A stretch of DNA of 48,875 nucleotides, filler included, from Jimgerdemannia flammicorona (taxonomy: Eukaryota), in NCBI GenBank assembly GCA_003990765.1. It is 2 parts of 2 records of this genome, joined end to end, with 100 filler letters (N's around TTAATTAATTAA, not from the genome) between each part and the next. Parts side by side here need not be neighbours in the genome. Positions count along the whole stretch, not along the records: positions 24,491 to 48,875 come from RBNJ01000981.1; 1 more part is not named here. One strand, written 5' to 3'. Below, piece after piece: positions 24,511 through 37,219 of this stretch (the first letter of the stretch is position 1; every line of letters begins with the position of its first letter). Made by a program: the position numbers and the translations under genes. A model generated the notes under the pieces. It worked only from the letters and a program-made list of their open reading frames with translations, did not search any database and had not been told where the DNA came from.

Positions 24511-24731
24511 AGACATGAGTGTGTCCACAGGACATGAGTGTGTCCACAGGACATGAGTGTATCCTCAGGACACAGATAAACAATCCTGATCTGGTATCTT
24601 GGCTAATTATAAGTATGGCAGGTATGAGTAACTATGATATACTGGAAGTCACATCATGCTGAGTAAGTATGCTAATTGTTCGCATCATCTGGCTAAGTTA
24701 TAATTCAGGTGGTACGTTTTGGTCTGTTACA
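24511..24731 (-). repeat. Partial 3' LTR of element D, with 19-bp tandem repeats CAGGACATGAGTGTGTCCA
   Basis: Matches ~33635-33873 with only transition differences seen. Confidence 0.93.
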
Positions 24732-24770
24732 TCAGCCTCCACTGAAGAGTAGTCTGTCCCAGACTATTCT

Positions 24771-25280
24771 TCAGTCATCATCCCAATAGGCATAAACAGC
24801 TTCTGCATCTATACCTATTCCATCATCATCTGAGCTACAGTTACTCCATTCCAGGGGCTCTTCTTCTTCCTCAGGAAATAGGGTCTCCACTTGGTGAATA
24901 ATGCTGAGGTAGGTGGGCAGTGTCATCCTTTGAAGGTCATTCAGGGAAAACTGGGCCTGGATTAAGGCAGAAGAATTTCATTTATATATTGTATATAGTC
25001 TGTCTGCAGCAGTAGTGTTCCTTCTGTTCAGGCCAGGGGTGTTTTGGACATAGGCTAGGTCTGGGAGAGGAAGATTCTGCAATTGTTCTCTAATTGCATA
25101 ATATGCCTGCAGCTGGTGGATCTGAAGTAGCCTCTCGGCCAAAGTGAGGTTCTCTTGATGAACTCGGATTCTCTGAAGATAGGTTCTATTGGGTTCCCGG
25201 AACTGAGGCAGAGGAACTGGTAGGGCTTGGAGGGAACTGAGAACAAGAGTTTGGAGGCAGTTGTCAATTCTCTGATTCAT
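24771..25280 (-). pseudogene. 3' accessory ORF of element D (~170 aa)
   Basis: ORF 24978-25280 continues in frame past one TGA into an acidic tail (PEEEEEPLEW...YWDDD*). It lies between integrase and the LTR. Confidence 0.65.
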
Positions 25281-27969
25281 GGTGTGAGAAGAAGTATATC
25301 TTAAGGTGATTGATATGTACTGGTGTTCTCAGGGTTCATCCATCCATGCTTCTTAAATAGATGCTGGTTTCTCTGATGTTGTGTATAAGATAAGGTCCTT
25401 CCCATTTTGGTTCTAGTTTGGTGGCAAAATTTGTCTCAATTATGCTTCTCCAAACTAGAACTTGATCTCCAATCTTGATCTCCTGATCCTTCTGTTTTTG
25501 GTTATAGTACTTCTTTTGTCTTTCCTGGGCTTTGATAATCTGTCCTTGGGCTTGATTTCGTAACTGTTCTGCCTTCTTGAGGAGGTCTCCAAGATTCTCA
25601 TGGTCAGCAGTTCTGGTTTTCTTGGCAAACATCATTTCGAATGGCTTTTGTTTAGTGAATGTGGCAGGGGTATTCCGAATTTCCCATAGGATCTCAGGTA
25701 AGCAGAGGTCCATATCTGAGTGTAAGTCCATGGAGGAGGCCTACAATAGTTAAGGCATCTGCGATTTCCATTGGGAAAGCCTCGGGCCACTTGGTCAGAT
25801 GTTCTACAAATGCAAGGATATATTTGTTTCTTCTTGGTATAACTGGTAGAGGTCCAATTACATCTACTCCCCATCTTTGAAAGATGTGAGGGGGTGGGGG
25901 AATCAGTTGCAGAGGGGCTTGATAGTTCTTCTTCCTTGGTACTTCTGGCAGATGTCACATTTCTGAATGATGTCACAGACTTGAGTTCTGAGGTGGGGCC
26001 AATGTTGATATTGTTTTCAAATCCCATCTTCTATGCTTGTTTGTCCTTAGTGGGCTTTCTGATGTTCTTTTCGAATGAGATCTTCTTGTGCTTTGATAGT
26101 CTGAGAAGCTTCCTTTAGGGTGTGGTTCCTTGGGACACCCTTCCTCTAATTCATTGGGGCTGGCGGGAAAGTACATCAACATTGTTGTGGGCTTTCCCTG
26201 CTTTGTGAATGATGGTGATTTTGTAATCCTGAAGGATAAGGATCCACCAGGCTAGAATTCCAGCAGGTTCCTTGTGGTTGAATAGCCATTTGAGGGCTAC
26301 ATAGTCTGTGATCAGGGTGAACCTTTTTCCGATGAGATAATGCTTGAACAGGGTGACTGCCCATATGACTGCAAGGCATTCCAGTTTGGTGCTACCATAG
26401 TTCATCTGCTGCTGATTGGTAGCTCTGCTTGCATAAGCTATCACGTGGTGCTGTTGGTCAGGTCCTTCTTGGGCTAGAACTGCTCCTAGGCCATCTTTGG
26501 AAGCATCTGTATACAAGATGAATGGCTTCTGTAGATTGGGGCATACAAGGATTGGTGCTGTAGTCATGTGGTTCTTGAGTTCTCTGAAGACTTTTTCCTG
26601 TGATTCTATCCATTTGAATGTCATTCCTTTCTTGAGAAGGATTCAGATTGGGGCAGCAATTTGGGCAAAATCCTTGATGAACCTTCTGTAGTAGGATACT
26701 AGTATCAGGAATGATAGTGTTTCTTTTGGAGTCTTGGGTACTGGCCAATTGTTGATCTTCTCGGTTTTCTTTGGGTCTGCATGAGTTCCTTCTTTTGAGA
26801 CCACAAATCCCAGGAATTCAAGTTTCCGTTTTCCAAAGTAGTATTTCTTTGCATTCAGTCTCAAGTGATTCTTGCAGGTAAGCTTGAAGAATTCCTCTAG
26901 GTGGTGTAGGTGTTCTTCGAAATTTGCTGAATAGATGTTGGAATCATCCATGTATACAATCAGACAGTGGTGGATCAAGGGGGCATAGACTGAATTCATC
27001 ATCCTCTGGAAGGTGGGGGGTGCATTGCAGAGTCCAAAGGGCATTCAGAGGTATTCAAACAGTTTTCCTAGAGCAAGGAAGGCTGTCTTTTGAATGTCCT
27101 TAGGGTCCATGGGGATCTCATGGAATCCCACGAAGAGGTCCATACTGCTGAAGTATCTGGCATCTTGTAACTGGTCCAAAAGGTCATCGATTCTGGGCAA
27201 AGGATAAGCATTCTTTTCAGTGACTGAGTTGAGTTTTCTGTAATCAATGCAGAGTCTCCATCCTCCTTTCTTTGGTACAATAAGTATAGGGCTGGCCCAG
27301 GGGCTGGTAGAGGGTCGGATGACTCTATTGTCTAAGAGTTCTTGGATGTGCTCCTTTTCGAATGTTTTCAAATGATGGGGTATTCTATAGGGTTTCCGCC
27401 AGATGGGTGTTGCACTTTCTGTATTTATGCTGTGGTGATATGATGGGTTGTATGGCAGGTTACTATAATTAGTGGTGAAGATATCTTGATATTTGTTGAG
27501 AAGTTCTACTAGTTGTTGCTATTGTTGAGGTGTAAATTCTTCTCCAATGTTGGTGGAAGGCTTCACTATCTCCTGGGTCGCAGAGGGGTCTTTCCTTTCT
27601 TCTGGGACCTTTTGCCGTTTCCCGATAGGTTTAGTTCATAAACTTCCCTATGAGTTCAGTTGAGAAAAGGCACCAGATGTCCTATGATGGTTCCTTTCGG
27701 CAGGATGATGGTCTCCCAACTTTGGTTGGTTGCTCAGGAGTGTACTGGGTTCATTTTGTCAGGGAATGTGTGTCCCTCTATGTCCAGGTGTGGGATATCT
27801 TCCTTGGGTTCAAAGAAAAGGTTCCTGGGGTCGGGTGGTGCAAATATTTCGAAGGTGGTTTGTTCTCTAGGCTCCAGGATGAGATTCTTGTGTAGTCTGA
27901 CTGGTTGCTGGTATACTTGCTGGGAAATATTCCTCTTGAGATGGTTGACTTGAAGGAGATGTACCTCTT

Positions 27970-28369
27970 TCCTGTCTGAACTTCCAAATCCCTTGGCTTG
28001 TCTTGTTCCTTCGGCTAGTTCAGAGACTTCCTGTAACTGTGGGGTCTTGACCTTCATGAAGACTGCTTGGGCAATCTTCTGTCCTCTAATGATTTGGTGC
28101 CATTCTGCACTGCTGTTGTGTAGGATAACCTTGATTTCGCCTATATATCCAGGGTCAATAGTTCCTCCTTCTACAGTTATTCCTTGTCTGGCAAGTCCGG
28201 ACCTTGAGGTCAGTTGAATATAAGCTCCTTGAGGTGGCTGTATGGCTAATCCAGTTCTGACCATGAAGGTTTTTCCAGGCTTGATGGATTCATCCTCTAG
28301 GCTGTGAAGATCATATCCTACATCCTCTGGGTGGGCTTTGGTCAGGGGTTTGGCCTTGGGGTACAGCAA
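27970..28369 (-). pseudogene. dUTPase domain of element D, between protease and RT; frame still open
   Basis: DVGYDL, TGLAIQPPQG, SRSGLA, GGTIDPGYIGEIKV, IAQ and RQAKGFGSS in ORF 27734-28369. Confidence 0.95.
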
Positions 28370-31300
28370 GGCATACTGGGCAATGTCCTTGCTGAGTTCA
28401 GGCTTTCCTAGGGCTAAAGCTCCACTAGCGGAAAGCCTCCAAGCTCTAAGGTTGAGGTGTGGCCATCTGGCTCCAGTAGAGGGGTCTCAGAGGTAATTGA
28501 TTCCCCTCCTTCCTATAGGGTCAAGGGCTTCTATGAAGTTGGTGGCATCTTCTGCTCATCCTTGGCAGGTTACATGTCTGATGAGAGCTAGGATGTCTTC
28601 TCCTAAATTGTAGATCTTGAGAATTCTTTTTCCAGGCTTCTTGGTCTGGCTTTTTCGAATCTGACTTTTTCGGATCTAGCTTCAGTTATCTCTTTTCTTC
28701 AAGGTGTATACTACAACATCATGACTGAGGTGAATCTTCTGATATCTGCAGTCTTGGCAGTCAGGGTGTCTTCTATGGTTGCAATATCCCATTGCTCGGA
28801 AATGATGTTCCTGGCTATTTATCTCTTGTTGTCTTGGGAATTGGTACCCATCCTGATCATAGGTTGGGGGAAGGGTAGACAAGGGGTATATTTCTGTCTG
28901 AGTAAAGAAGCCTTGTCCCCTAAATCGACTTTGTAATCTTGTAGTGACTTCTTGGAAGGTGGTAGACTGTGCAAGAGTAGTTGGGGGTTCTGGTCTCTGG
29001 GGTCTCTGTCTTTCTTATTGGTCCAATAGATGACACTGGTAGCAGTAGTCTCGGGGAGAGTGGAAGATCATTTGATGTAGACATCTTCCTAGCCAGAAAG
29101 CTTTCTCTTGGTGGGTTTCTTTCTTGGGGATAATGGTAATGGTGCTGGGTCCTTCCTCTGTATTCCAGGGGTCATTGTCTTCAGGTGGTATCCAGCGAGG
29201 GTCATTCCAGGGGATGAGTTCAGGGACTTCTTCTTCATTAGGTGCTTCTTGTTCAGAAACTTCTTGGTCAGAAGTTTCTTCTTCCTCAGATGATTCTTGA
29301 CCCCAAATTGCTTGTACTTCTGCAGCTTCAGTTGCAGGTATTTCTGGAACATGTCTGCATTTCTTCTTCTTTCTCCTGCATTCTGGGCAGGCTGCGCCAG
29401 GTGATTTCCTTGTTCCCATGATTTTGGAGGAGTGCTCAGGACACTTGTGTCTCTTGAGGCATGTGGGGCATCTCTTGGCTTCTCCTGCAATAGCTTCAAT
29501 GGTGATGGGGATGGTGTTCTCAGCCCACACATTGTCTTCTGGTCTGTCATCCACCAGGTTAATTCGAGGATTAAGTCTGGGATCATTTCCATCTTCAGAT
29601 TCTTCTTCCTCCTCTGTAGTAGACTCCTCACTGCTGGCATATTCTTCTTGGATGGTGACCTTCTTCTTCTTCTTTGATTGCTCATAGCTGGTCACCTTAA
29701 CTCTATACTTCTTGCCTTAGTAGTCAAACTTGAGTACTTGTTGGCTGATATCAACAACTGCATTCATTTCCTTCATCCAGTTGGTGTCAAGAATCATGTC
29801 ATAGGTGACAGCTTTGGTGACAACAGCTTTGGGGATGGAGAACTGAATGTGTCCAAGGGAGATGGTGATATTTCGTACTTCTCTAAGGGGTTGAGTTCGG
29901 GCTCCATCTGCTACTATGATGCTGAGGTTGGATGGTCCATCAATGGGCCATTGGAGGGTGTCCAGGAATCATTTGGCAATGACACAGACAGCTGCTTCTG
30001 TGTCTATGAGGATTTTCGCTTTTTGTCCTCCAATATCTCCATGTAAGTAGGTGCTAACATGTCTTTCAGCTGCTTGAACAGGAATAGGAGCTGGTTCTTG
30101 CTGTGGGATTGGAACTTGGCTGGTGCTAGACCTTGTGGTTCTCAGCAATTTGTTTTGAACTCCAGCTGGTGTCAATTGTAAGAACTGCAGGAGAGGAACT
30201 TCCATCTTGGCTTCTTGAATCTTCTGCCAGACTTCATTGTAAATGTCTCTAGGCATGGTCTTTGGAGTATACTTTTTCTTAGACTTTGGAACAGCAGGTT
30301 CCCATTCTTCTTGTTCCATTTCTTCATCTTCTGGTGGCAATTCATTTGTCTCGGGCACAAAGGGTGAGGGGGTGAGGGGAGGTGTTTCAACTTGTTCCTC
30401 CTCATGCTCTTCATCTTCTTCTTGAATAATTCTTCTGCTGATGTTCCTGGATGGTCTTCCCACAGATCTCTTTCTTTTTTCTGCTGGGTAGACTGTCTTT
30501 TGCATGGTAACCTTGGTAGGGTACAAGTCTAGGTCACTGTAGTCTTCACTGTTGCTTGCTTCCTCGAAATCTTCAACAGGATAGGCTTCAGTCTTCTTGT
30601 ACTGGGTGTCATTCCTTCAGTTTGGTGGTTCTGAGTCCCTGTGGTCACTTCTTTTGTTGTCACATTCAGTGGCATAGTGTCCGAATTGTCCACAGTGGAA
30701 GCATTGGACTTGGGCTCTGTCTCAGACAGGGTATCTTCTTTCTTCTTGCTGGTAATTCCTATTATCTCTTGGTGGATAACCTTGGCTCCTCTGTGGTGGG
30801 TATCCTCTGTTGTCTTGATAGCTCCAATTTTCACATATAGTGAGTTTTTCAATCTGGCCAACCAATCGATCTAACTTGGAGCTGAGGTCTTGGATTTCAC
30901 TTCTGTCCTTCTTTCCTTCCTTGGCTGGCCTTCTTTTCTCAGATCTTTCTTGTCCCTGAAGGAGTCCTTGTAGGGCTTTGACCAGGATATCCTCCTTATC
31001 TTCCTTTCTGTCATGATCACTCCAGATAGTTCCTTGCCTGACATCAAAGAATCCTTGGGCTGCATCTACTTGTTCTTCAGACCTTCTGATGTCTAGGGTG
31101 TGGACATGTTGGGCAATATTCGGAGGAATTCCATTCATGAAGGTCATTGGACCTATGATGTCTTGGTTGGTGGCATTGAACCCAGCAGAATGCATTCCCT
31201 TCTGAATTCTTGTGAAGAAGGCTCTGGGTGATTCTCTAAGATTCATCTTCATTCCCATGATAGATTCCTGAGCCTTATGGCGGGTTTCATTTCCTGCATA

Positions 31301-32094
31301 TTTTTTGATGAGCCAATGGACCATGGCCTCATATTCTAGCTCATCAGACATTGCTGCTTGTATCTGTCTTGCTAGTTCTGAGTCTCGGTTGTTTGCTATT
31401 CAGTGGAAAATTCCTCTGGCTGGTTCTCTGAGCTGGGCATTGTAGATGGCGATTTTTCTTTCATCTGAGAGGTTTCTCAAGGCTGTGATTCCTTCAATCC
31501 CATCAAGGAATTCTCTGGGGTCCTCCTCTGGGTATTCTGCAAAAGTTGGCAATGAAGTGGCCATTTCATCATCACTTTCTTCTGATTCTGATTCACTTTC
31601 TGAACTGTCACTAGAGACAGGGGTGCTTGGGTATCTTGAAGATGGTGTTCTAGTTCTTGGGCGGGGTGGAATAGGCCTAGGTATCCTTGTAGGAGCTACT
31701 TCTTGTTCTGCAAGAGGTTGTGGTAGGGGTTCTATTGGTGAGATTGGTGGGACTGGTATGGGGTGTCTGGCTGTAAAGTATTGGGTCCAGGTAATAAGAT
31801 CTTCTAGTTCTTGTGTAAGTTCTCCAAAATCTCTAGCAGGGCTGCCTGTATTGTCTGGTTGATCTGGTTGATCTGGTTGATCTGGTTGGGGATTTCGGGC
31901 TGACTGCCTCCTGCTTCTGGTTGGGATTCTTCTGATGCTGGGTAGTTGGCAAGTCTTGAGGTGATTACTTCTCTTCCTGTCCAAATGCTAGTGATGACTG
32001 GTTCTCCTGTAGTGGCAGAGGTTAGTGTTGTATCAAATGTATTCAGTTTGACTGTGGGTTCTTGTGAGCTGAAAAGTCACATCGATTTTGAAAT

Positions 32095-32113
32095 CTTCCC
32101 AGTTGAGCCCCCA
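32095..32113 (-). promoter_or_regulatory. Primer binding site of element D, tRNA-Pro type
   Basis: TGGGGGCTCAACTGGGAAG two bases after the LTR end TTACA. It resembles the tRNA-Pro PBS TGGGGGCTCGTCCGGGAT of murine leukaemia virus. Confidence 0.75.
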
Positions 32114-32115
32114 AA

Positions 32116-33873
32116 TGTAACGTGCCAGCTCAATAGAGGCAAATTACAAGGTTGGGGGTTGATGTAGTTTGGCATGAGCCCCCAGTTACTTTGTCAAAAA
32201 GCAACAAAATGTTTTAAGATTCCTGAGGTCCTTGGTGTTTAGCGGTATAATAGTTAAAGCTGGATATCTGCAAGCGATTTCCTTATTGGGACAGTTCTCT
32301 AGATATAGTAGCGATTTGTATGTCTTTTCCTTCTTGGGTCAACTGGGAATGGCACAATTTGTATATAGTGTGAGTGGCTTCCTTCTTGAGTAATGGGTGA
32401 TTTCTGTGTAGCGTGATGATCTCCTTGTGCATGACAGTCTGGCAATTTAGCAGTTCTCCTTATGCGATTTCTACATGACGATCTTGTGTAGCGCGATGAT
32501 CTCTATATAGCACGGTGGTTTCCAAAAGTATGCAATTTCTGGTATGACGGTCTGGGTGATATTCCTTATGCAGATGTTCTGATAATTCGGCGGATAACTC
32601 GATTTAGCTCACTGGGAATTGTATGGCATGGATTCTTCTTCTGGGAATAATGGCTCCGATAGTATGGATAATTCGAATAACTGGGAATAATGCTGGTGGT
32701 GGATTCTTCTCGGGCTCACTGGGAACGATGAATAACTTGGATATCGTGGTTTTGGCTTCAACTGAGAATACAGCGGGTAACTTGGAAATGGCGGATGATG
32801 CGGATTCTCCTGAATCGGTGGGCTTCTTGAAAACAGCAGCTTAACTGGGAATTTAACTCAGATGGCATGGATTCTTCCTGAATCGGCGGGGTTCTTCTGG
32901 GAATGCAGTGGATAACTCGAAAATGGCAGATGACATGGATTCTTCCTGAATTGGTGGGCTTCTTGAAAATGGCGGCTTAACTGGGAATTTAACTCGGATG
33001 GTGCGGATTCTTCCTGAATCGGCAGGGTTCTTCTGGGAATGCAGCAGATAACTCGAAAATGGCAGATGACGCAGATTCTTCCTGAATCGGTGGGCTCTAA
33101 CTGGGAAATGGGATGGTAGCTTGGAAAGGGTCTCTTGGCAAAGTTGCATCAAAGACTGGCTTCGTTTGCATGAACGGATCACTGCAAAGTTGCATCAGAA
33201 ACTGGCTTGGGCAAGGCAGCTTTCTTGGGGAGGTAGAGAATAACTTGGAAATGGCGGCTTATTTCTTAAGCGGCGGACTACTCAAACGGCGGCAAAGTTC
33301 TCTTTGAACTTAGACAGCAAATCTTCAGGCTTATCTGGCAAGTGAACCAATAGTTCCAAAGGCGGCAAAGTTCTTCCTCGAACTTGGCGGCAAAATCAGC
33401 TTTATATCGGAAAGTGGACCGGAGTGGAAAGGGGACCAATGCTCAATCTTTAGAGACTTCTTTGGTATTTATATTTCAGACTGAGGTTTTATTCACTCTC
33501 ATCTCTGGGGTAATTTATACAAGTTGGTTGCTATCTGATTACTATATGGCTAACTATAGATTTGCTATCTTCGGTAATGTTTGGGTGTATCCTCTGGGTA
33601 CAGGTGTGTCTATAGGACATAAGTGTGTCCACAGGACATGAGTGTGTCCACAGGACATGAGTGTGTCCACAGGACATGAGTGTGTCTGCAGGACATGAGT
33701 ATATCCTCAGAATACAGGTAAATAATTCTGATCTGGTGTCTTGGCTAATTATAAGTGTGGTGGGTATGAGTAACTATGATATACTAGAAGTCACATCATG
33801 CTGAGTAAGTATGCTAATTGTTCGCGTCATCTGGCTAAGTTATAATTCAGGTGGTACGTTTTGGTCTGTTACA
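32116..33873 (-). repeat. 5' LTR of element D (1758 bp)
   Basis: TGTAAC...GTTACA termini, TATA-like GTATAAATTACCCC at ~33508-33521, and internal tandem repeats. Confidence 0.9.
32770..33095. repeat. ~135-bp tandem repeat (~2.4 copies) inside the D LTR
   Basis: AAATGGCRGATGA recurs at ~32786, ~32921 and ~33057. The subunit GATTCTTCCTGAATCGG occurs five times. Confidence 0.85.
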
Positions 33874-34492
33874 ATATATACAAGTATATTTCTCCTAATG
33901 AGGTCTTGATAGACATAGTTTATTATTTACTGGAATAAAGTTAGTACATTGTAGAGTCTAAATGACATTCAGAGGTATTCATACTATTCTTATTTAGTAA
34001 TAAAGATTATCTTGTAGATATTATTCTTAATAATAGATATTACTTGGAATCCTTGAAACTGGTCAGTAGTGGTCATGAACTTGGCTTTTCTAAGAACATT
34101 GAGAAGGTCATCAATTCTTAGTAGTGGATAGGTATCTTTTATTGTAATCTTATTAAGTTTTCTGAAGTCTACAATTAGTCTCCATCCTCCTTTCTTTAGT
34201 ACTATGATTGCTAGTGAAACCCAGGGGCTTGATAAGGGTCTGATAATTTCATTTATATATTATTGTTCAAACTCAATCAGGTAGTATGGTGTTTGATAGG
34301 AGTATTGATGGATTGGTTTAGTATCTCCTATATATATAATATATTCTCTATATTGATATGGTGGAAAGTTATTATATGTAGTGGTAAATGTATCTTTATA
34401 TTCTTCTATCAACTTCTATATCTATTATTACTAATTCTTGATTAGAGTTGTTTTGATATTGACAGCTTTGATTACTGAGTCTTTCTCTCTAG

Positions 34493-34875
34493 TAGTGCTC
34501 CCAAACAAGTCAAATCAATTCGAATTGAATCGAATTGAGGGTTAAATGAGTCAAATCGAATTGGGGATTTTTCAATTCGAATCAATTCAAATTGAATCAA
34601 AAGTTGAATCAAATTGAGGGTCTAATTCGAACCCTAATTTTCAAAATGCAATAACTCAGCGTAACCTCATCCAAATTTAACATACTTTAGCTTGTTAGAA
34701 TCACATTAATACGGTGAATCTAACAAGCTAAAATACATTAAATTTGGATGAGTATTCATCGAGTTATTATATTTTGAAAATTAAGGTTCAAATCGAACTT
34801 CAAATTGAATTGGACCTTTGATTCGATTTGAATTGAATCAAATTGGACCCTTGATTCGATTCGTTGGGAGCACTA
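34493..34875. mobile_element. hAT-family MITE, 383 bp, fold-back structure
   Basis: TIR TAGTGCTCCCAA...TTGGGAGCACTA, perfect 8-bp TSD CTCTCTAG (34485-34492 / 34876-34883), GAATC arrays and a long central inverted repeat. Confidence 0.95.
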
Positions 34876-35279
34876 CTCTCTAGTACTGTCAGTCTCACTA
34901 GAGAGGGCTTGCTATTTTCCAAGAATTTAAAGACCTCTTCCTTGTAAGTATTTATCAGTGGTTCAAAATATCTCAATATTGTTCTTTTGAGAATTGTTAC
35001 TACTTCAAAGCTCAGGTTTTGAATAGAAATATAGATTAGTGACATCTGGTCATAGATTTATTTTTCAGTCAGGAGAAGGTAATACTTTTCTCAGAGTTCT
35101 ATTAATAGTTCAAATATCAGATTGTTAACATTTATAGGTAGGTATATATTAAGACTTCTTTATTGATATGGTTGAAGGAGGATATCTTTTCTTGCTTGAA
35201 TAGAGTAATAGATATATAGTTTCATTTAGCAGAACTGAGCTACTATTATCAAGTAAACTTCAATAGGTAGTTGAGACAT

Positions 35280-35695
35280 TCTATTAGTACTTCCAAAGCC
35301 TTCTTGTCCTCTCTTTATACTGCTAAGTTGGTTCACTTCTTAGATAATGAGCTATAATATCTTGATGAACAGAATTTGACAGATGGCTTCTAAGGGATTA
35401 AAGACTTGATAGTTTCTACTATTGTTATAAATAATAACTTTCAGAGGACCTTAGTAGTCCTGGTCAATGACTCCTCCTTCTAATGTAATTCCTTTGGCTA
35501 CTAGAGATGATCTTGATGCTAATTGTCCATAGTGTTCAGGTGGTATAGTAAGTATAATCTGAAGGTCAAAGGTTCTAGTGGTTCTGGGATAGAGTATTTC
35601 CTGATAGGAGAGACAGAGGTCATATTCTACTGACTCTTCTATCTGTATAAGCAGGGGTTGTATCCAAGGTGATAGCAGTTTAACTTGGATGATTT
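35280..35695 (-). pseudogene. dUTPase domain of element G
   Basis: SVEYDL, IPPEHYGQLASRSSLVAKGITLEGGVIDQDY*GPLKV, ICQILF, RGQEGFGST. Confidence 0.9.
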
Positions 35696-36415
35696 GCTGG
35701 ATCTTGAGGAATAATGTCTCAGTAGTTGCTATTGTAAGAAAGAATTCTATATATTCTGGCTTAAAGAATAGTCAATATTTGGATTTCTTATATAGTTGAA
35801 TTCAGTTTTTTCAAGTAGATCTAAGACTTTTATGAAGGAGAAGGTAAGGTTGACTCCTTGTTTGTCTTGGTGTGATCACCAATATCAATAAATGATAGCA
35901 AGAATTTCTAATAGTAGATTCCAGATAGAGGTCTTGTTCTTGACTTTATAATCTTCTTTATAATTAATCTCTTTGTATTTTCAACAGACTCAGCAGATTC
36001 AAGATTCTTGCAAAGTAGGGTTCTTTCTCTTAACTTGACTCTTATAAACATCATCACTAAGGTAAATACTTTGATATTTATACTAATAACAAATAAAGGT
36101 CTTTCTACAATCACAGTGTTCTTGTTTGATGAATTCCTCATTTCACTGTTTGACTTTTTTGCTTGTAGGATATCTCCTTCAATATTTATCATAGATGGGT
36201 AGAGTGATCTGAAGAGCTTAGGTAATAGTGTAGGTATTGTTATTATTGTCTTCAACTGTGAGAGTCTCTAAAGGTTGGTAAGAGAGAATCTTCTATTCTT
36301 CTTTGTAGGTCTTCTTGAAAACTTTGAGGGTAAGTGGTTGTATTTATATAAGAACTGAGGCTTGTTTTAACTCATCTTTATCTTTAATTACTGATATTGG
36401 GATCTTCTGAAGATC

Positions 36416-37208
36416 TGTAATAACTCTCACTTCTACCCCTCTCTTATCTTTTGGATAATTAGGGAAGTGGACTATTACTTAGGGACTTAGTACACAAAGT
36501 GTACCAAGAAGCCTTCAGTTTGAGGAAGTGCTTACTTGTAAGTAAGTGTAGTAGCAGTGCCTTCTATTTCAAAGGTCTTTCTCTATTGCCCTATTTTGAG
36601 AGTCTTGTTCTTTGCTGTGCACAGACTGAATTCACCTTGGAATTCAGGTTCAATGGGTTTACTTAAGTCTTTGGGGATTTATATACTGGTCTCAGTTCTG
36701 GCAAAAGTTAGCTAGGCTTCTGGAGTTTAGTCAGAAACACTAGAGTCACTTAGATGTCATTACTAAGACTTAGGGGAATGTGTGTATGTGGGGGAGGACC
36801 CGATTCTTGTATTAAGAACTGAACTAAAACTGCTTTATTTTGAGTGGAAACTGGGGGGTATTTATACAAGTTGGTCTGCGATTTCTGACTAAGTATGAGT
36901 GACTAATTTGGTAACTATAATGAGGTTTGTGATTGCGACCTTTGTTAGGTGGTTTTTGGCAAAAACAACTTTGTGATCAGGATCTCAATTACTAGACAAT
37001 GATCAGCTGCTATGGCAACTGTTGCTGCAGCACTGATTGTTGGGGATAAGCTGGATATCAATTTCCACATTGTTTTGCATCATTCACATCATTCATCATT
37101 CATAATTCATATATCGTGCTTTGTTTGTATGATGACATCATCGCTGCCAGATCACATGATCACTCATCTCATCATGTCCCATCTGTTCGTTCATTCACAT
37201 CTATTACA
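36416..37208 (-). repeat. 3' LTR of element E
   Basis: Colinear with 44780-45572; TATA at 36859-36866. Confidence 0.97.
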
Positions 37209-37219
37209 TTCTTCCCTCC

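Larger units (their letters stand above)
25300..32113 (-). pseudogene. gag-pol pseudogene of element D; integrase core partly deleted
   Basis: CFHCGQFGHYATEC knuckle (~30665-30710), ILIDTEAAVCVI, WRLCIDYRKLN, YMDD, YTDASKDGLGAVL, CDICQ, GVDVIGPLP and KLEPKWEGPY. The segment expected to carry the second Asp and the Glu is missing near 25690. Confidence 0.92.
24511..33873 (-). mobile_element. Element D: non-chromoviral Ty3/Gypsy, 3' LTR truncated at the spacer
   Basis: 5' LTR 32116-33873 and 3' LTR remnant 24511-24731 share the TGTAACAGACC end. PBS at 32095-32113. Order is gag-protease-insert-dUTPase-RT-RNaseH-integrase-accessory ORF. Confidence 0.93.
33874..36415 (-). mobile_element. Element G: old, AT-rich, internally deleted Ty3/Gypsy hosting D, the MITE and E
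   Basis: RT KKGGWRLIVDFRKLN...YPLLRIDDLL (~34105-34200), cut at LVYI by D. dUTPase at 35280-35695. Putative short LTR from 36257, with TATA at ~36341-36350, continuing at ~45578-45590 beyond E. Confidence 0.8.
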
